A stretch of 63,983 nucleotides of DNA, the filler included, from Reticulomyxa filosa (lineage: Eukaryota > Protista > Foraminifera): the NCBI GenBank assembly GCA_000512085.1. It is 10 parts of 10 records of this genome, joined end to end, with 100 filler letters (N's around TTAATTAATTAA, not from the genome) between each part and the next. Parts side by side here need not be neighbours in the genome. Positions count along the whole stretch, not along the records: positions 34,695 to 39,427 come from ASPP01023094.1; positions 39,528 to 42,932 come from ASPP01002282.1; positions 43,033 to 46,503 come from ASPP01007617.1; positions 46,604 to 48,229 come from ASPP01015775.1; positions 48,330 to 55,474 come from ASPP01004755.1; 5 more parts are not named here. The stretch is one strand, 5' to 3'. The notes beneath the pieces are model-generated. The model saw nothing but the letters and a program-made list of their open reading frames with translations, had not been told where the DNA came from and searched no databases. Positions 37,243-48,366 of this stretch are shown piece by piece. Position 1 is the first letter of the stretch. Each line of letters starts with the position of its first letter. Position numbers and translations under genes: made by a program.

Positions 37243-38434
37243 ATGAATAAAAATCAGAAAAATGGCTCTCAACCAGCAGATCCACCACATCCGGTAAGTA
37301 ATTATCACGATATAAAATTCTTTTTCAATATGCGTATATATTTTACATATATATATACTTTTTTTGCGTGTGTGTGAAAAATAGTCTGAAAAAGAGATTA
37401 CAGCAGTAGCCGAATATTGGGCTCGTACATGCTTCATTACACTTGGATGGATCAATGATTTTAATAAAATCATTGCAAAATATGTTTTGTTATTTTATTA
37501 CAATTCTTTTGTTTTCTCATTCTTATTGTCATATAATTCATTAAAAAAATAGGGTAGATATTATAAACAATCTAAAGTTATTGAAGGACATCCTGTTGGC
37601 GTTATGACTGTGAATTTTTCTCCTGATGGGACTAAATTTGTTGCTTCCTTATGGAATGAAAGGATTTTAATCTATGATGTGGCATCTGGAAAAGAAATTC
37701 GGAGTTTGATAGGTCATTCGAATTTAGTTAATGGTGCCGAATTTTCACCAGATGGAAATATGATATTATCATGTTCCAATGATAAAACAATTCGATTATG
37801 GCATACCAAATCAGGAAGAGAATTAAGAACATTGCATGTATATTCATATGTAACAAGTGCTCAATTTTCACGTGATGGACATTTTTTTGTATCCACATCT
37901 TATGATCAAACAATTCGATTGTGGGATGTTGAATCTGAACGAACCATTAAAAAAATACAAACTCAACCGAATACGATCATTGATGCACATTTATCAGTAG
38001 ATAATCAATTAATTGTTGCAGCATCTAACGAAAAAGTAATTGTGATATGGAATGCACAATCTGGTGAAAGAATAATGGAATTAAATGGTCATACAGATGA
38101 TGTTGTAAGAGTAAAGTTTTCTCCAGACAATCTTTCTGTTGTTTCTTGTTCACATGATAAATCTATTCGAATATGGGATATGCTATCAGGAAAAGAAATT
38201 AAAAAATTAGAAGGACATACCAACTGGGTAAGAGATATAAAAATTTCAAATGATGGCCAAACTATTGTTTCTTGTTCAGATGATGGAACAGTTCGAGTGT
38301 GGGACTTAAAATCAGGACTCCCAATACAGAGATTGAATGGACATTTTAATTGGGTAAGAGGTGTAGCTATTTCATCAGATAGCAAATGCATTGTTTCGTG
38401 TTCTAATGATAAAACAATTCGAATATGGGCATAA
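37243..38434 (+). CDS. WD40 repeat protein (about seven repeats) with family-type N-terminal segment
   Basis: Repeats GH..V....FSPDG..I.S.S.DKTIRLW. Upstream exons MNKNQK...HP|SEKEITAVAEYWARTCFITLGWINDFNKIIAKY|GRYY, with two introns. Confidence 0.93.
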
Positions 38435-38904
38435 ATCAATATTTTTTTAAAAAGCAATGTTGATAAATAGAGTGATATAAATACATACAATTTTGGATTG
38501 GTCCAATAAGTTTTACTCCAACTTGGAGCAGTTTGAATAAATTTGCAATAATTATTGATTTTTTTGTTTATTTGGACTAGAAAAATAAAAACTAATGAAC
38601 GTATTGAATTGTTAAATGAATTTTTTAATTTTAAAAAAAGGATACAATAAAAAAAAATCTTCCATAAGAAATGAAACCAATAAACAATGAATACTTATAT
38701 CATTGGGAATGATACAGATAACATTTCTAACAATTTTTATTTAAAAAAAGGAGATTTTTTAATATATTATCAGAGATTGATTTATTATTGTAGTAAAAAA
38801 TCAAAAGAGGCTAAATATTTCCATTACTAACAAGAGATGATAGTAAACTTCAGAAATGTGTTTGTTTTTGTATTTTAATATACAAATGAATTGATTGTAT
38901 GTGA

Positions 38905-39125
38905 AAAACTAGTTCGCAAAAGAGGTAACAGCCATTATTCAGAATTGGCTTCAGATTATGAATATTCAATTTGGATGGATCGACAATTTTTACAAAATCA
39001 TTAAATATGTGTGCAATTTGTCTTTTTGTTTTGCATATACTTTTTTTGTTGTTGTTAACTGTCTAACTATCAATATTTTAATGTAGGCCAAACCTTTTCG
39101 ATTATTGAAAGTTTTACGAAGAGGT
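38905..39125 (+). pseudogene. Truncated paralog of the upstream WD40 gene (N-terminal exons only)
   Basis: EVTAIIQNWLQIMNIQFGWIDNFYKIIKY|intron|AKPFRLLKVL mirrors exons 2-3 of the 37243 gene, then breaks off into TIR-like sequence. Confidence 0.65.
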
Positions 39126-39235
39126 CAGTATATAATAACAGGTGTAAAAAAATTTTCAGGAGATAACCGCAAGATTGTTGCAGTAGGGGACAAAATAATT
39201 CAAATATAGGATATTGAGACCGAAAAATGGCTTTA

Positions 39236-39427
39236 CAGTATATTGCAGAAAAAACTACAATACCTGTCATCATGTGAATAGAATCGATTTTCTCCATGAA
39301 AAGTAAAGATTTAAACCTAATTTTTTTAAAAAATATATACTAATCTTGTAGTTTTAAATATGAAATTCTTTTTTTTGGCTAATTTTCTTTATTGTTGATA
39401 TTTTTAATTGACATTTCAGTAGGTTGC
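39236..39427 (+). repeat. TA-CAGTA family TIR ends (one about 100 bp copy, plus a second start at 39417)
   Basis: TA|CAGTATATTGCAGAAAAAACTACAATACC...GAATCGATTTTCTCCATGAAAAG. CAGTAGGTTGC sits at the contig end. Confidence 0.7.
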
Positions 39428-41599
39428 NNNNNNNNNNNNNNNNNNNNNNNNNNNNNNNNNNNNNNNNNNNNTTAATTAATTAANNNNNNNNNNNNNNNNN
39501 NNNNNNNNNNNNNNNNNNNNNNNNNNNTCTTTCCACTGTGCCAAAAAAAATTTTGGGTTGCTACATTGTCTTTTCACACGATAACGATAATGCTTGCCAC
39601 CGGTCAAAATATACCAAAAATGACCACTAATTTCAAAGATAAAAAATAAAAATAAAAATGAAGTGCCCAACCCATGTCAGGACGTTAGAGCAAATTATTT
39701 TACATCGATTGGTGAAATTCCGGTGAAATAACTTTGATTTTTGTTGCTTATATTCATTAAAGAATATATAGTGAAATATTTATTATAATTGGCGAGTAAA
39801 AGCAAAAAGCGGTGAAAAATGATGTAATAAGTGACAAAATATCAGAATACATTATTCATGTGGAAACATTGCAAAAAAAGTCCAAACATTCAAAATACTC
39901 GGATGCCTTCGGCATCCGCTCCGGCATTTCACGATGCAAAAACTCAAAACAAAGATATATGTTTATTTTTTGTCATAAACCACGTGATCGCGCAAACATG
40001 TGGGATTTATTAAATGTTCGTATGAATTAAGATGTTCAATACATAGAAACCGAAAGTATTTTCACTAATGTGATTTTATTTTGTTTAATCAATTGACTTT
40101 GTTAAATTTGGAGGCTTTATGGTATCAACAAGTCGGAACAAAATCCACGTTGATGTTTCCCAATGTTTAGAAAGAAACATTAATGTTTTTGTTTGGTGTA
40201 CAAATTTTTGATATTTGAACTTTTTCATTTCACATTTGACTTTTTGATTTTGATTAATTTTGTGCAAGTAACTTGCGAAATGTTATTTGATTACTTTTGT
40301 AATTTTGGTACTGTATTATGAGTTAGTGATGTGTTATAAACTTTTTATGTTTTATTTTAATAAATTGATTATTAAGTAAATAACAGAAAGTTAATTTACA
40401 ATGTTTAAACTTTATTATTAAAGATTCATTCATACTAAATATTTGTATAATATATTATGTTCGTTTTATTATTATAATTTTAAATTGTTTTTTTGATTTG
40501 TGATAAATGTATTGTAATGCATACTAATTATTGAAACAACTATTTTATCTCAAACTTACTTTCAATATTGGTTTTAATTGTAGCAACAGTTCGATACAAT
40601 ATGCTCAAGTCTTATAGTAACAGTCAGTTGCACTTAATACATTTTTTAGGAAATGTATTGTAGTAATGTTTGCTTCAGTATTATATAGAGTTTAGTTTTT
40701 TTTTTTTTTTTACTTAGTTATATCGTGACAATATTTGCAAATTTGGCCTGCAAAACTATCTATTGAGTTATGTCATAAAGTTGTTACACATAAAAATATT
40801 GTAAATTCTTTTGCAATAGACATTTGTATACTTATGATGGCATATGTTATGTTGGTACAAATACTTATAAAATTTTGTCTTTCACATTTGCGTAATTGCG
40901 TGGTTCGCAAATTAATAAATTGAACAAATTTCTATTTAGTTGAATATTGACATTTGATGAATTCTTTGCACTTGGTTAATACTTGAAGTAATTATTCAAT
41001 AAAATATATGGCAATGCGCACAATCTTTCTTTTGATTTTTTTTTTTTGTTGAGTAAAAGGTCCTTTTAATCTAATTTTGTGAGAAATTTTAGTGAAATAA
41101 GTTTTTAAAATGCCAAAAAAGGATTATAAAAATTAAAATAATTTTTTTTAGTTGTATTTTAGTTTGCTTAGTTTTTGTAAGTAAAAATACTGGCTACAGT
41201 GAAATAATTTGTGTTTTATTTACTAAATTGGGAATATTATGGAAAATAAGAGCAATAAATCCAGAATTATGCTATAAAAATATATTAAATCAAAAAAAAG
41301 AAAAATTAATTTGTTTATAATTTTTCATGTTAAACTAGTGTCAGTGCTTCAATTCTGGCTCTCAATTGAAGATTGCAAAAGAAGTGAAAAAAATTTTTAA
41401 AGGAATTTAACACACTGTGGACTCCTCAGGTCCTTTAGAGTTCCGCCATCTACAGAGGGGCTTGCCCTACAACCTTGTCAAGTTAGAGTCAGTTGTTACT
41501 AGTGTATTGGCCGATATTTCATTTTTTTCAATCAAAACTCGTCTGTCACCATTTTGTGAAATTCATCTCCTTTATCGTACCTTTCAGACGCTGAAAATA

Positions 41600-42143
41600 C
41601 TCTTCTATCTGTGTCATACAAATTGTCTTCGCCTATATCTGCGTTTACCATATTCTACGTTATATTTCTGCAACAGCTCCTAAATATTAATTTATGAGTA
41701 CGTATATTGTCTTGGTCTCCAATAATTCTGAGCCATTTCAATTAATAAATGAAAACAAAAATGGCCAAACTTACTTGCAACTGTGGCAATGCAATTTGAT
41801 CAGAGGCTATTAGCATTGCTTTTGAAACGGAGCCAATGGACTTATGCAATTGTGTTAACGCAATGCCTGAGTTCATTTCATTTAATAATGAGCGAAGTTC
41901 TGTTTTCAATTTTACAAGTTTCTTGTGTTTATCTCTTCTTTCTGTTGTATTACTTGTGAAATGACCCAGGATTCGCGATTGTTCATCCTGAGATTGCTTT
42001 TTGATCTGCTCCTCTATCTTTTCACTCTCTTTTTCAAGGCGACGTAATTCTCTGTCTAGCTCACGGATTGAACGTTTTACAACTAACTTTTGTTCGCGAA
42101 GTCTTTCGTTTACTGTTTTCTCATCTCTTTGCATGTTTTCCAT
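41600..42143 (-). CDS. Divergent ESCRT-III subunit, Vps2/CHMP2-like (possibly truncated or a pseudogene)
   Basis: KTVNERLREQKLVVKRSIRELDRELRRLEKESEKIEEQIKK and SIGSVSKAM...IALPQLQ match the CHMP2 pattern. The predicted second exon ELLQKYNVEYG.. reaches a stop early. Confidence 0.65.
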
Positions 42144-42329
42144 TTAATAGCCATATATTCTTCAAAAAAGGGGCATACTATTCAGAAAAGAAGTGGTAAA
42201 ATAATCTTGTATTTTTGTTCGATTGCGAGTTTTTTTTTTGTGTTTGTTGCAAAAAATTAACAACGTGTTGTTGCATAATTTGATAGCAACTCTGTGAAAA
42301 TCAAAACTTTTTAAAGACCTAAAAAACGG

Positions 42330-42840
42330 TTATAATGGTGTTGCGCTTACTTGGAGTGATTTAGGTTAGAGAATAAAAGAAAGATACTGCCAGAACTTAG
42401 AAAAAAAAAAGATTACATTTTACTTGTAACCTACTAAAGTGGCAATGCGTAAGATAAGCTGATAATATTTAATAGAAGCCAACAAGTTATTGAAAATTTG
42501 AACAGGGTCCATGTAATAATTGGTGAGATATTTCTTTCCAAAAAGACGCAGAATTTGTCCGACGGGAGTGCGAAAGTAGCACTGCAACCAAAGCATCCTA
42601 ACAATGAATTGAGCTGCAGGGATGGTGAGCACGCCCACTCCACCTCGTGGCTGACCAATTCCAAAGACGTACAAATTGGGGAATTTGTCAGAGCATACGC
42701 CTTCCACCAAATCAGGAAAGTATTCCTTTCTTCCGTACGCATTCGTATGTTCAAAGAACGTTACCAGTTTTGACGCTTCGAACAGAGGCAGACTCACATG
42801 ATATCCAGTGGCAAACACAATTAAATCAATCTATATTGTA
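42330..42840 (-). CDS. Flavin-containing monooxygenase (FMO-like), C-terminal part
   Basis: IDLIVFATGY motif followed by PNLYVFGIGQPRGG...QFIVRML. 5' part lost at the spacer; 3' end approximate. Confidence 0.7.
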
Positions 42841-43032
42841 TTAGTCCATGCACGCATTCATATATATATGTATACGTACATATGTATATGTACGTATATA
42901 TCAATGCACATTAAAAACAAACATACACACACNNNNNNNNNNNNNNNNNNNNNNNNNNNNNNNNNNNNNNNNNNNNTTAATTAATTAANNNNNNNNNNNN
43001 NNNNNNNNNNNNNNNNNNNNNNNNNNNNNNNN

Positions 43033-46000
43033 TATCGATGAAGAAAAGGAAGCCTTGCTAAATGAGGCCTTTGAGAACGACGACGTGTACGATATCGATT
43101 ATGATGCACATCCAATTGTCCCGGATCCCTGCTCCAAAAAGGTACCGCAAAATGCCCAACAATGGTCCGATGCTTGCCCAGTCGTTGGATGTGGAGCAAT
43201 TTTCAAAACGGAAATGGGCCTGCATATACATACAAACAAGCATATCGAGAGGAACCCAAATACCGTGGTTTTATCGCATTATTTCCACATTTACAAAAGA
43301 GTCTCCTGCTTGCATTGTCGTTTATCCTTACCAGCAAGCAGTGCAGTTCACGGAATGCACCCCAAATGCTCCAATAGAGTACATCAACCGCAAATTCCGC
43401 GGCCAGATATCGAAATAGATTTTAATATCCCAGCAGAATTGGATAATTCAGACCAATGGATTTTTCCAAAACCGGAAGAAATAGCCCTCTACCCGGCAAA
43501 AATCATACCAAGAATACCCAAAGCAGCCAGAAGCCATTTTGCTTCAATTGCCAGTATATCTTTAATGGACATAGCCAACAGAAATAACAAAGAATCATGG
43601 GCTAAATGGATGGTTATGATACGTTCAATTTTATGGGCTCCAAGTAGAGGGGGACGCGCGCATATCAACAATACAACCAAAACCATATTAGATCGAATCA
43701 AATTATGGAGAGATAAATCGTATTCCCAATTGTGGAAAGATTATTTAAAACATTCCAATGATATTTTCGAAGAAACCAAGAATAGATCCACATTTTCCAA
43801 TAAACATAACAATGTTGCAGCCAGAAATAAAAGATGCATTAAATTTGCCGCAATAGGCGAGCTTTCAAAAGCATTCAAATCGTTGACTCCATCACCAAAC
43901 ATGCAATATAATGATAATGTGATTACCGCCCTTCGTAACAAGCATCCAGATGAATTGCCACCTCATGAAATTGTCACATCCTTTGCACAAAACAAGGACC
44001 CCAGAATGCCACCTATCCCAATACACAAACACATCACAGTAGAAGAATTGTCAAAGTACATTAACAAATTAAGCAGATCGTCATCAGGAGGCATCGACCT
44101 TTTCACAGCGCAACACTTGAGGGACCTAGCACCATATCAAACAGAATCAAGTACATTAACCAATTGGACAAAAGTCGCTCAATTGGTAATTGAAGGAAAA
44201 GTGTGTATGGATGCACAGGCCATCGCCTACGGAGCAAGGCTAATAGCCATTCCCAAACCAGACAATACACCAAGACCAATAGCAGTAGGATCCCTGTTTC
44301 GTCGATCGGCAGGTGCCATCCTACTTCAAAGACATTCGGAAAATATTTCAAAAACGCTGGGACCAAATCAACTCGGGGTAAATGTCAAGCAGGGCATCGA
44401 AATATTTTCACACGGGCTCAAAGCTATAAGTAGGCACATACAAGCAAACAACAAAGGTGTATTAGTAAAAATTGACTTCCAAAATGCTTTTAATGCATGC
44501 AAAAGAAAGAAATTATTAGAACTTGTGAGAATGCAAGTCCCCGAGCTTTATGGTTACGCAAAGGGTTGCTACGCCAAGCACGCGCCGCTATTTCTGCCTA
44601 CAGGTCATATTATTTTATCCAAATCGGGAGTCCATCAAGGGGACCCACTGGGGGGAACCTTTTTTGCCATCGTCTTGGCCGACGCGTTGAGGTTATCCAC
44701 TTCCCCAATCCCCAATTTGTTCCACGCTGCTTATCACGACGACTTGACCATCGCAGCTGATGACCCACAACATGTTACGCAAGCAGTCACTGCACTACTG
44801 GACACTGCTGAAACACATGGCACCAAAATCAACTTGAACAAGTGCGAATGGATCTCCAATTATCAAACACCGCCTCCTTCGCATCTAAAACAAATCCCTC
44901 ACAACATAACATACAACACAACAATCGTGGGAGTCCCGATCGGGGATGAAGAATACGTACAAAAAGAAATGGACGTAATTGTACAAGAGTGGAGCACCCA
45001 ATTTGAGAACTTGTTATCCTTAAAGCACGCTCAAACAATGCTGCTACTGCTCAGGAATTCGTTGAACGCCACCAAAGCAACATTCCATATGCGAGCCAAC
45101 TTCATCAAGGCACCACAAAATTGGACCAACACGTTCGATCAAAAGATGAAGCACACCATGGAAACCATACTGGCATGTCCACTTACCAACAACCAATGGC
45201 TCCAATGCCAAATGCCCACCAAGAGAGGAGGTCTGGGCCTCAACTCTGCAAATGCGTTATCCAGTTCAGCATACATTGCATCGGCCCAATCAGCAAGCCA
45301 ACGATTGCCAATCATAAATCCCCATATCCAAAATGTCGAATGGCTGCCGCAAAACGAATTCGAGAGTGCTGTATCTCATTACAACACAAACACACAACAA
45401 CATAATAACATCATCGACATTGCTTTCATCCCAAGCCAGGCCAGACTAGCCAAAAACGTGACGTCACGTATACAGGGTGAGTTCCGGGATAAACTGACCC
45501 CGGAACATCGCACATTGGTTAAAGCAGTTTCAAAACCATACGCTTCCGGGTATTTGAACGCTCTCCCCAATAAATTCCAACGCTCACTCTTCGACAATCG
45601 CGAAATTCGTGCCCTTCTCCGATTTCGGCTAGGGCAAAAGCAAACGTTCAACGCAAAGTGCCAAGCGAACCCAGCCTGCTCGATACCTATGGATATCCTG
45701 GGTAACCACGCGCTATCTTGCCATTTCGGAAAAGGCCGAATAGCCCGCCACGACGGAATAGTTGCCTGCATTGCCAATTTTTTAAAGCGTGCAGCTATCC
45801 CGCACGAGAGGGAAGTTCGTGCCAACCAAGAAACGAACCACAGGCCTGGCGACATCTGCCTGAGATGGTTTGGAGACGATTTTGAACAGAAGTGCCTGGA
45901 TATTGGAATCACACATCAGAACATTATCAATCAACAAGTACACAAAGGAAACAACACAGACAATTGGGCTTTAGAGAGGTACCGACGTGTAAAGATCATG

Positions 46001-46503
46001 AAGCACAGGCTGCGGTGCGAGCAAGCGGGCAAGTCGTTCACCCCCCTCATTGCAGAGGCCACAGGTGGATGGCAACAAGATGCCAGAGATTTCTTCGATA
46101 AACTGGCCCAAGTGATTTCCGACAAAGACGGTGACGATCTATGCAAAGTCAAAGACCAAGTATACAATACATTAAGCATTCAACTTCAAAAAGGGAATGC
46201 ACGATTACTTAACTCCCATTGCGCATAGCAAGGGGCACAGATAATTGAACATGAGCATGATGAAAGTTCGAGTTCGAGTTCAGATTAAGGATCCTATATG
46301 TCCACAGACCCCGTTCACAAAAATAAAAATTTTATTTTTCTTAAATCGAATTTTCATTCATTTTTCCCAAAATAGGGCAGATATCAAATTATTTAAAATT
46401 CATTTTTTGTTTTGGGTGAGTTATGGTTTTTAATATTCCTTTCCGTTTTAAACTTGGGAAACTATTTACTTTTCTTTATATATCCTACGATCAAGAGTTT
46501 TTT
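43033..46503 (+). mobile_element. CRE-clade non-LTR retrotransposon (RT + restriction-like endonuclease), occupying the whole contig
   Basis: A single uninterrupted, intronless ORF open from the contig edge to 46228, followed by about 275 nt of 3' sequence. GC content is visibly higher than host intergenic DNA. Confidence 0.9.
43034..46228 (+). CDS. Retrotransposon polyprotein: Zn finger(s), reverse transcriptase, CCHC knuckle, PD-(D/E)xK RLE
   Basis: C2H2 CPVVGC..FKTEMGLHIHTNKH. RT motifs YGARLIAIPKPDNTPRPIAVG, QLGV, KIDFQNAFN, GVHQGDPLG and AYHDD. C-terminal CQANPAC..MDILGNHALSC, RHD, RPGDI...LDIGIT...KIMKH and PLIAEATGGW. Confidence 0.93.
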   Translation: MDEEKEALLNEAFENDDVYDIDYDAHPIVPDPCSKKVPQNAQQWSDACPVVGCGAIFKTEMGLHIHTNKHIERNPNTVVLSHYFHIYKRVSCLHCRLSLPASSAVHGMHPKCSNRVHQPQIPRPDIEIDFNIPAELDNSDQWIFPKPEEIALYPAKIIPRIPKAARSHFASIASISLMDIANRNNKESWAKWMVMIRSILWAPSRGGRAHINNTTKTILDRIKLWRDKSYSQLWKDYLKHSNDIFEETKNRSTFSNKHNNVAARNKRCIKFAAIGELSKAFKSLTPSPNMQYNDNVITALRNKHPDELPPHEIVTSFAQNKDPRMPPIPIHKHITVEELSKYINKLSRSSSGGIDLFTAQHLRDLAPYQTESSTLTNWTKVAQLVIEGKVCMDAQAIAYGARLIAIPKPDNTPRPIAVGSLFRRSAGAILLQRHSENISKTLGPNQLGVNVKQGIEIFSHGLKAISRHIQANNKGVLVKIDFQNAFNACKRKKLLELVRMQVPELYGYAKGCYAKHAPLFLPTGHIILSKSGVHQGDPLGGTFFAIVLADALRLSTSPIPNLFHAAYHDDLTIAADDPQHVTQAVTALLDTAETHGTKINLNKCEWISNYQTPPPSHLKQIPHNITYNTTIVGVPIGDEEYVQKEMDVIVQEWSTQFENLLSLKHAQTMLLLLRNSLNATKATFHMRANFIKAPQNWTNTFDQKMKHTMETILACPLTNNQWLQCQMPTKRGGLGLNSANALSSSAYIASAQSASQRLPIINPHIQNVEWLPQNEFESAVSHYNTNTQQHNNIIDIAFIPSQARLAKNVTSRIQGEFRDKLTPEHRTLVKAVSKPYASGYLNALPNKFQRSLFDNREIRALLRFRLGQKQTFNAKCQANPACSIPMDILGNHALSCHFGKGRIARHDGIVACIANFLKRAAIPHEREVRANQETNHRPGDICLRWFGDDFEQKCLDIGITHQNIINQQVHKGNNTDNWALERYRRVKIMKHRLRCEQAGKSFTPLIAEATGGWQQDARDFFDKLAQVISDKDGDDLCKVKDQVYNTLSIQLQKGNARLLNSHCA

Positions 46504-46603
46504 NNNNNNNNNNNNNNNNNNNNNNNNNNNNNNNNNNNNNNNNNNNNTTAATTAATTAANNNNNNNNNNNNNNNNNNNNNNNNNNNNNNNNNNNNNNNNN
46601 NNN

Positions 46604-48229
46604 ATATATATATATATTGTGGCGTATTACAATTTTGTGATGGCAACAAATAAAAACAAACATTCGCTTGTATGTATATCCTTTTTTTTTTTTTTTTTTG
46701 CAAAAACAAATAAACAAACAAACAAACAACACCTGGTTTCCCTTTGCTCATCAAATCCTCTCGCATTTGTGAGGTCAGCTTGAAGGTGTATTCGTCAGCT
46801 AATGAAAACGGGGCCTTTGGCAGCAGACGTTTCCCGATCAGTATTGCCACACAACAGAGCAATAATACCGAGACTGATCCAATTGTTACTTTTCCTCCTG
46901 TACCTATGTTATTGTTGTTATTGTTGTTATTTGCTGGCATGTTCCCAATGGATATACGTAAAAAAAAAAAGATATATAAATATTGGACCATATTGCAGTT
47001 ATGTGTGTACATAGGTATATACATTAATTTTTTTGTAAATGACGCAACTTGTGACAAAAGTGACGACTCTGTCTTGCTGGCCAAGTTGTGCCGCGACGGC
47101 GACGGTCGGAGAGGACGTTGGATGGACGGTAGGAAGCGATGTGGTCCAGGTTCGTGTGGGCCATCGTGTGAGCAATGACGTCGGGATCGATATCGGCTTT
47201 CGGGATGGGCTTTGAGTCGATTGCTGGGTTGGCCTTTGCGACGGCGACGGCAACGGCGACAGCGTATTTGGAAATGCAGACGGGGGAACAGTGGGAGTGA
47301 AAATAGGAAACTGAGTGGGACTCACGGTCGGGTTTGAGGTTGACGCAGAGACTGGCGAAAGTGAGGGATGGTGGATAGGGAATAAAGTCGGAGAAGCAGT
47401 AGGAGCTCTAAAAATGGTGGAAGGAGCACTGGGGAATGTTGTTGGATGCTTGGTGGATTGTTTCGTCGGTGACTTTGTTGATAGGTTCGTTGGCGTCTTG
47501 CTTGGAAAGCTCGTTGGTGCTTTGCTTGGAAAGTTCGTTGGTGCGTTGCTTGGAGAGTTTGTTGGCGCTTTGCTTGGAAAGTTGGTTGGTAATTTAGTTG
47601 AAATTTTTGTTGGAGATTTGCTTGGAAACATGGTTGGAAATTTGGTGGGTAATTTTGTTGGCTGTTTGGTGGGTGGCTTTGTTGGAGGTTTGGTGGGTGG
47701 CTTTGTTGGAGGTTTGGTGGGTGGCTTTGTTGGATGTTTGGTGGGTAATTTGTTGGCCGTTTGGTGGGTAATTTTGTTGGCCGTTTGGTGGGTGGCTTTG
47801 TTGGAGGTTTAGTGGGTGGCTTTGTTGGAGGTTTAGTGGGTGGCTTTGTTGGAGGTTTGGTGGGTGGCTTTGTTGGAGGTTTGGTGGGTAGCTTTGTTGG
47901 CGATTTGGTTGTGGTAGTTGCCTTAGTTCCCTTTGGCATTTTTTTCATGGCAAATAAGTCTGTGTTCGACTTTGTCTGCTGGCCATTCCAAAGCTTGGAT
48001 TGTTCATTTGTCGCACTGCCTGCAGCCAATGTGCATTCCCCTCCGGGACTACACTCAAACCGTTTGAATGTCCTCTCCGTGATGCAGCCATCACTTTCAC
48101 ATTTCACTTCACATTTGCCACTGCAGATCAATTCCATTCCATTGCAACTATTTTCATCTTTGCATCTCCATTTTAACTCAGCTTTTTTTTTTTTTTTTTT
48201 TTTTTATGTGTGTTGTTGAATATAACAAT
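46604..48229 (-). CDS. PT-repeat (PTKP/PTNF) mucin-like cell-surface protein with Cys-rich domain and TM segment, partial
   Basis: Cys-rich ELICSGKCEVKCESDGC, 12-nt tandem repeat encoding PTKP/PTNx, and hydrophobic VTIGSVSVLLLCCVAILIG followed by KR. A 1-nt frameshift lies at about 47750. Confidence 0.75.
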
Positions 48230-48366
48230 NNNNNNNNNNNNNNNNNNNNNNNNNNNNNNNNNNNNNNNNNNNNTTAATTAATTAANNNNNNNNNNNNNNN
48301 NNNNNNNNNNNNNNNNNNNNNNNNNNNNNATAAACATCTATTTTTTTTGGGGGGGGGGGACAAAAG

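Noticed and set aside
39528-41400. Short ORFs in an AT-rich stretch (39812..40030, 40085..40267, 40735..40923)
   Set aside because: No recognisable motifs or splice-consistent gene model. Probably intergenic or heavily decayed repeat.
47745-47755. Frame changes within genes (also about 4650, 5880, 12665 and 24477) as programmed frameshifting or RNA editing
   Set aside because: They fall in or next to homopolymer runs. At 47749-47751 the repeat unit has TTT where neighbouring units have TTTT, which points to homopolymer sequencing error. Raw reads would confirm.
47500-47900. Tandem GGTTTGGTGGGTGGCTTTGTT-type repeats as a CRISPR or telomeric array
   Set aside because: These are 12-nt coding repeats for PTKP/PTNF on the minus strand, with no unique spacers and no cas genes.
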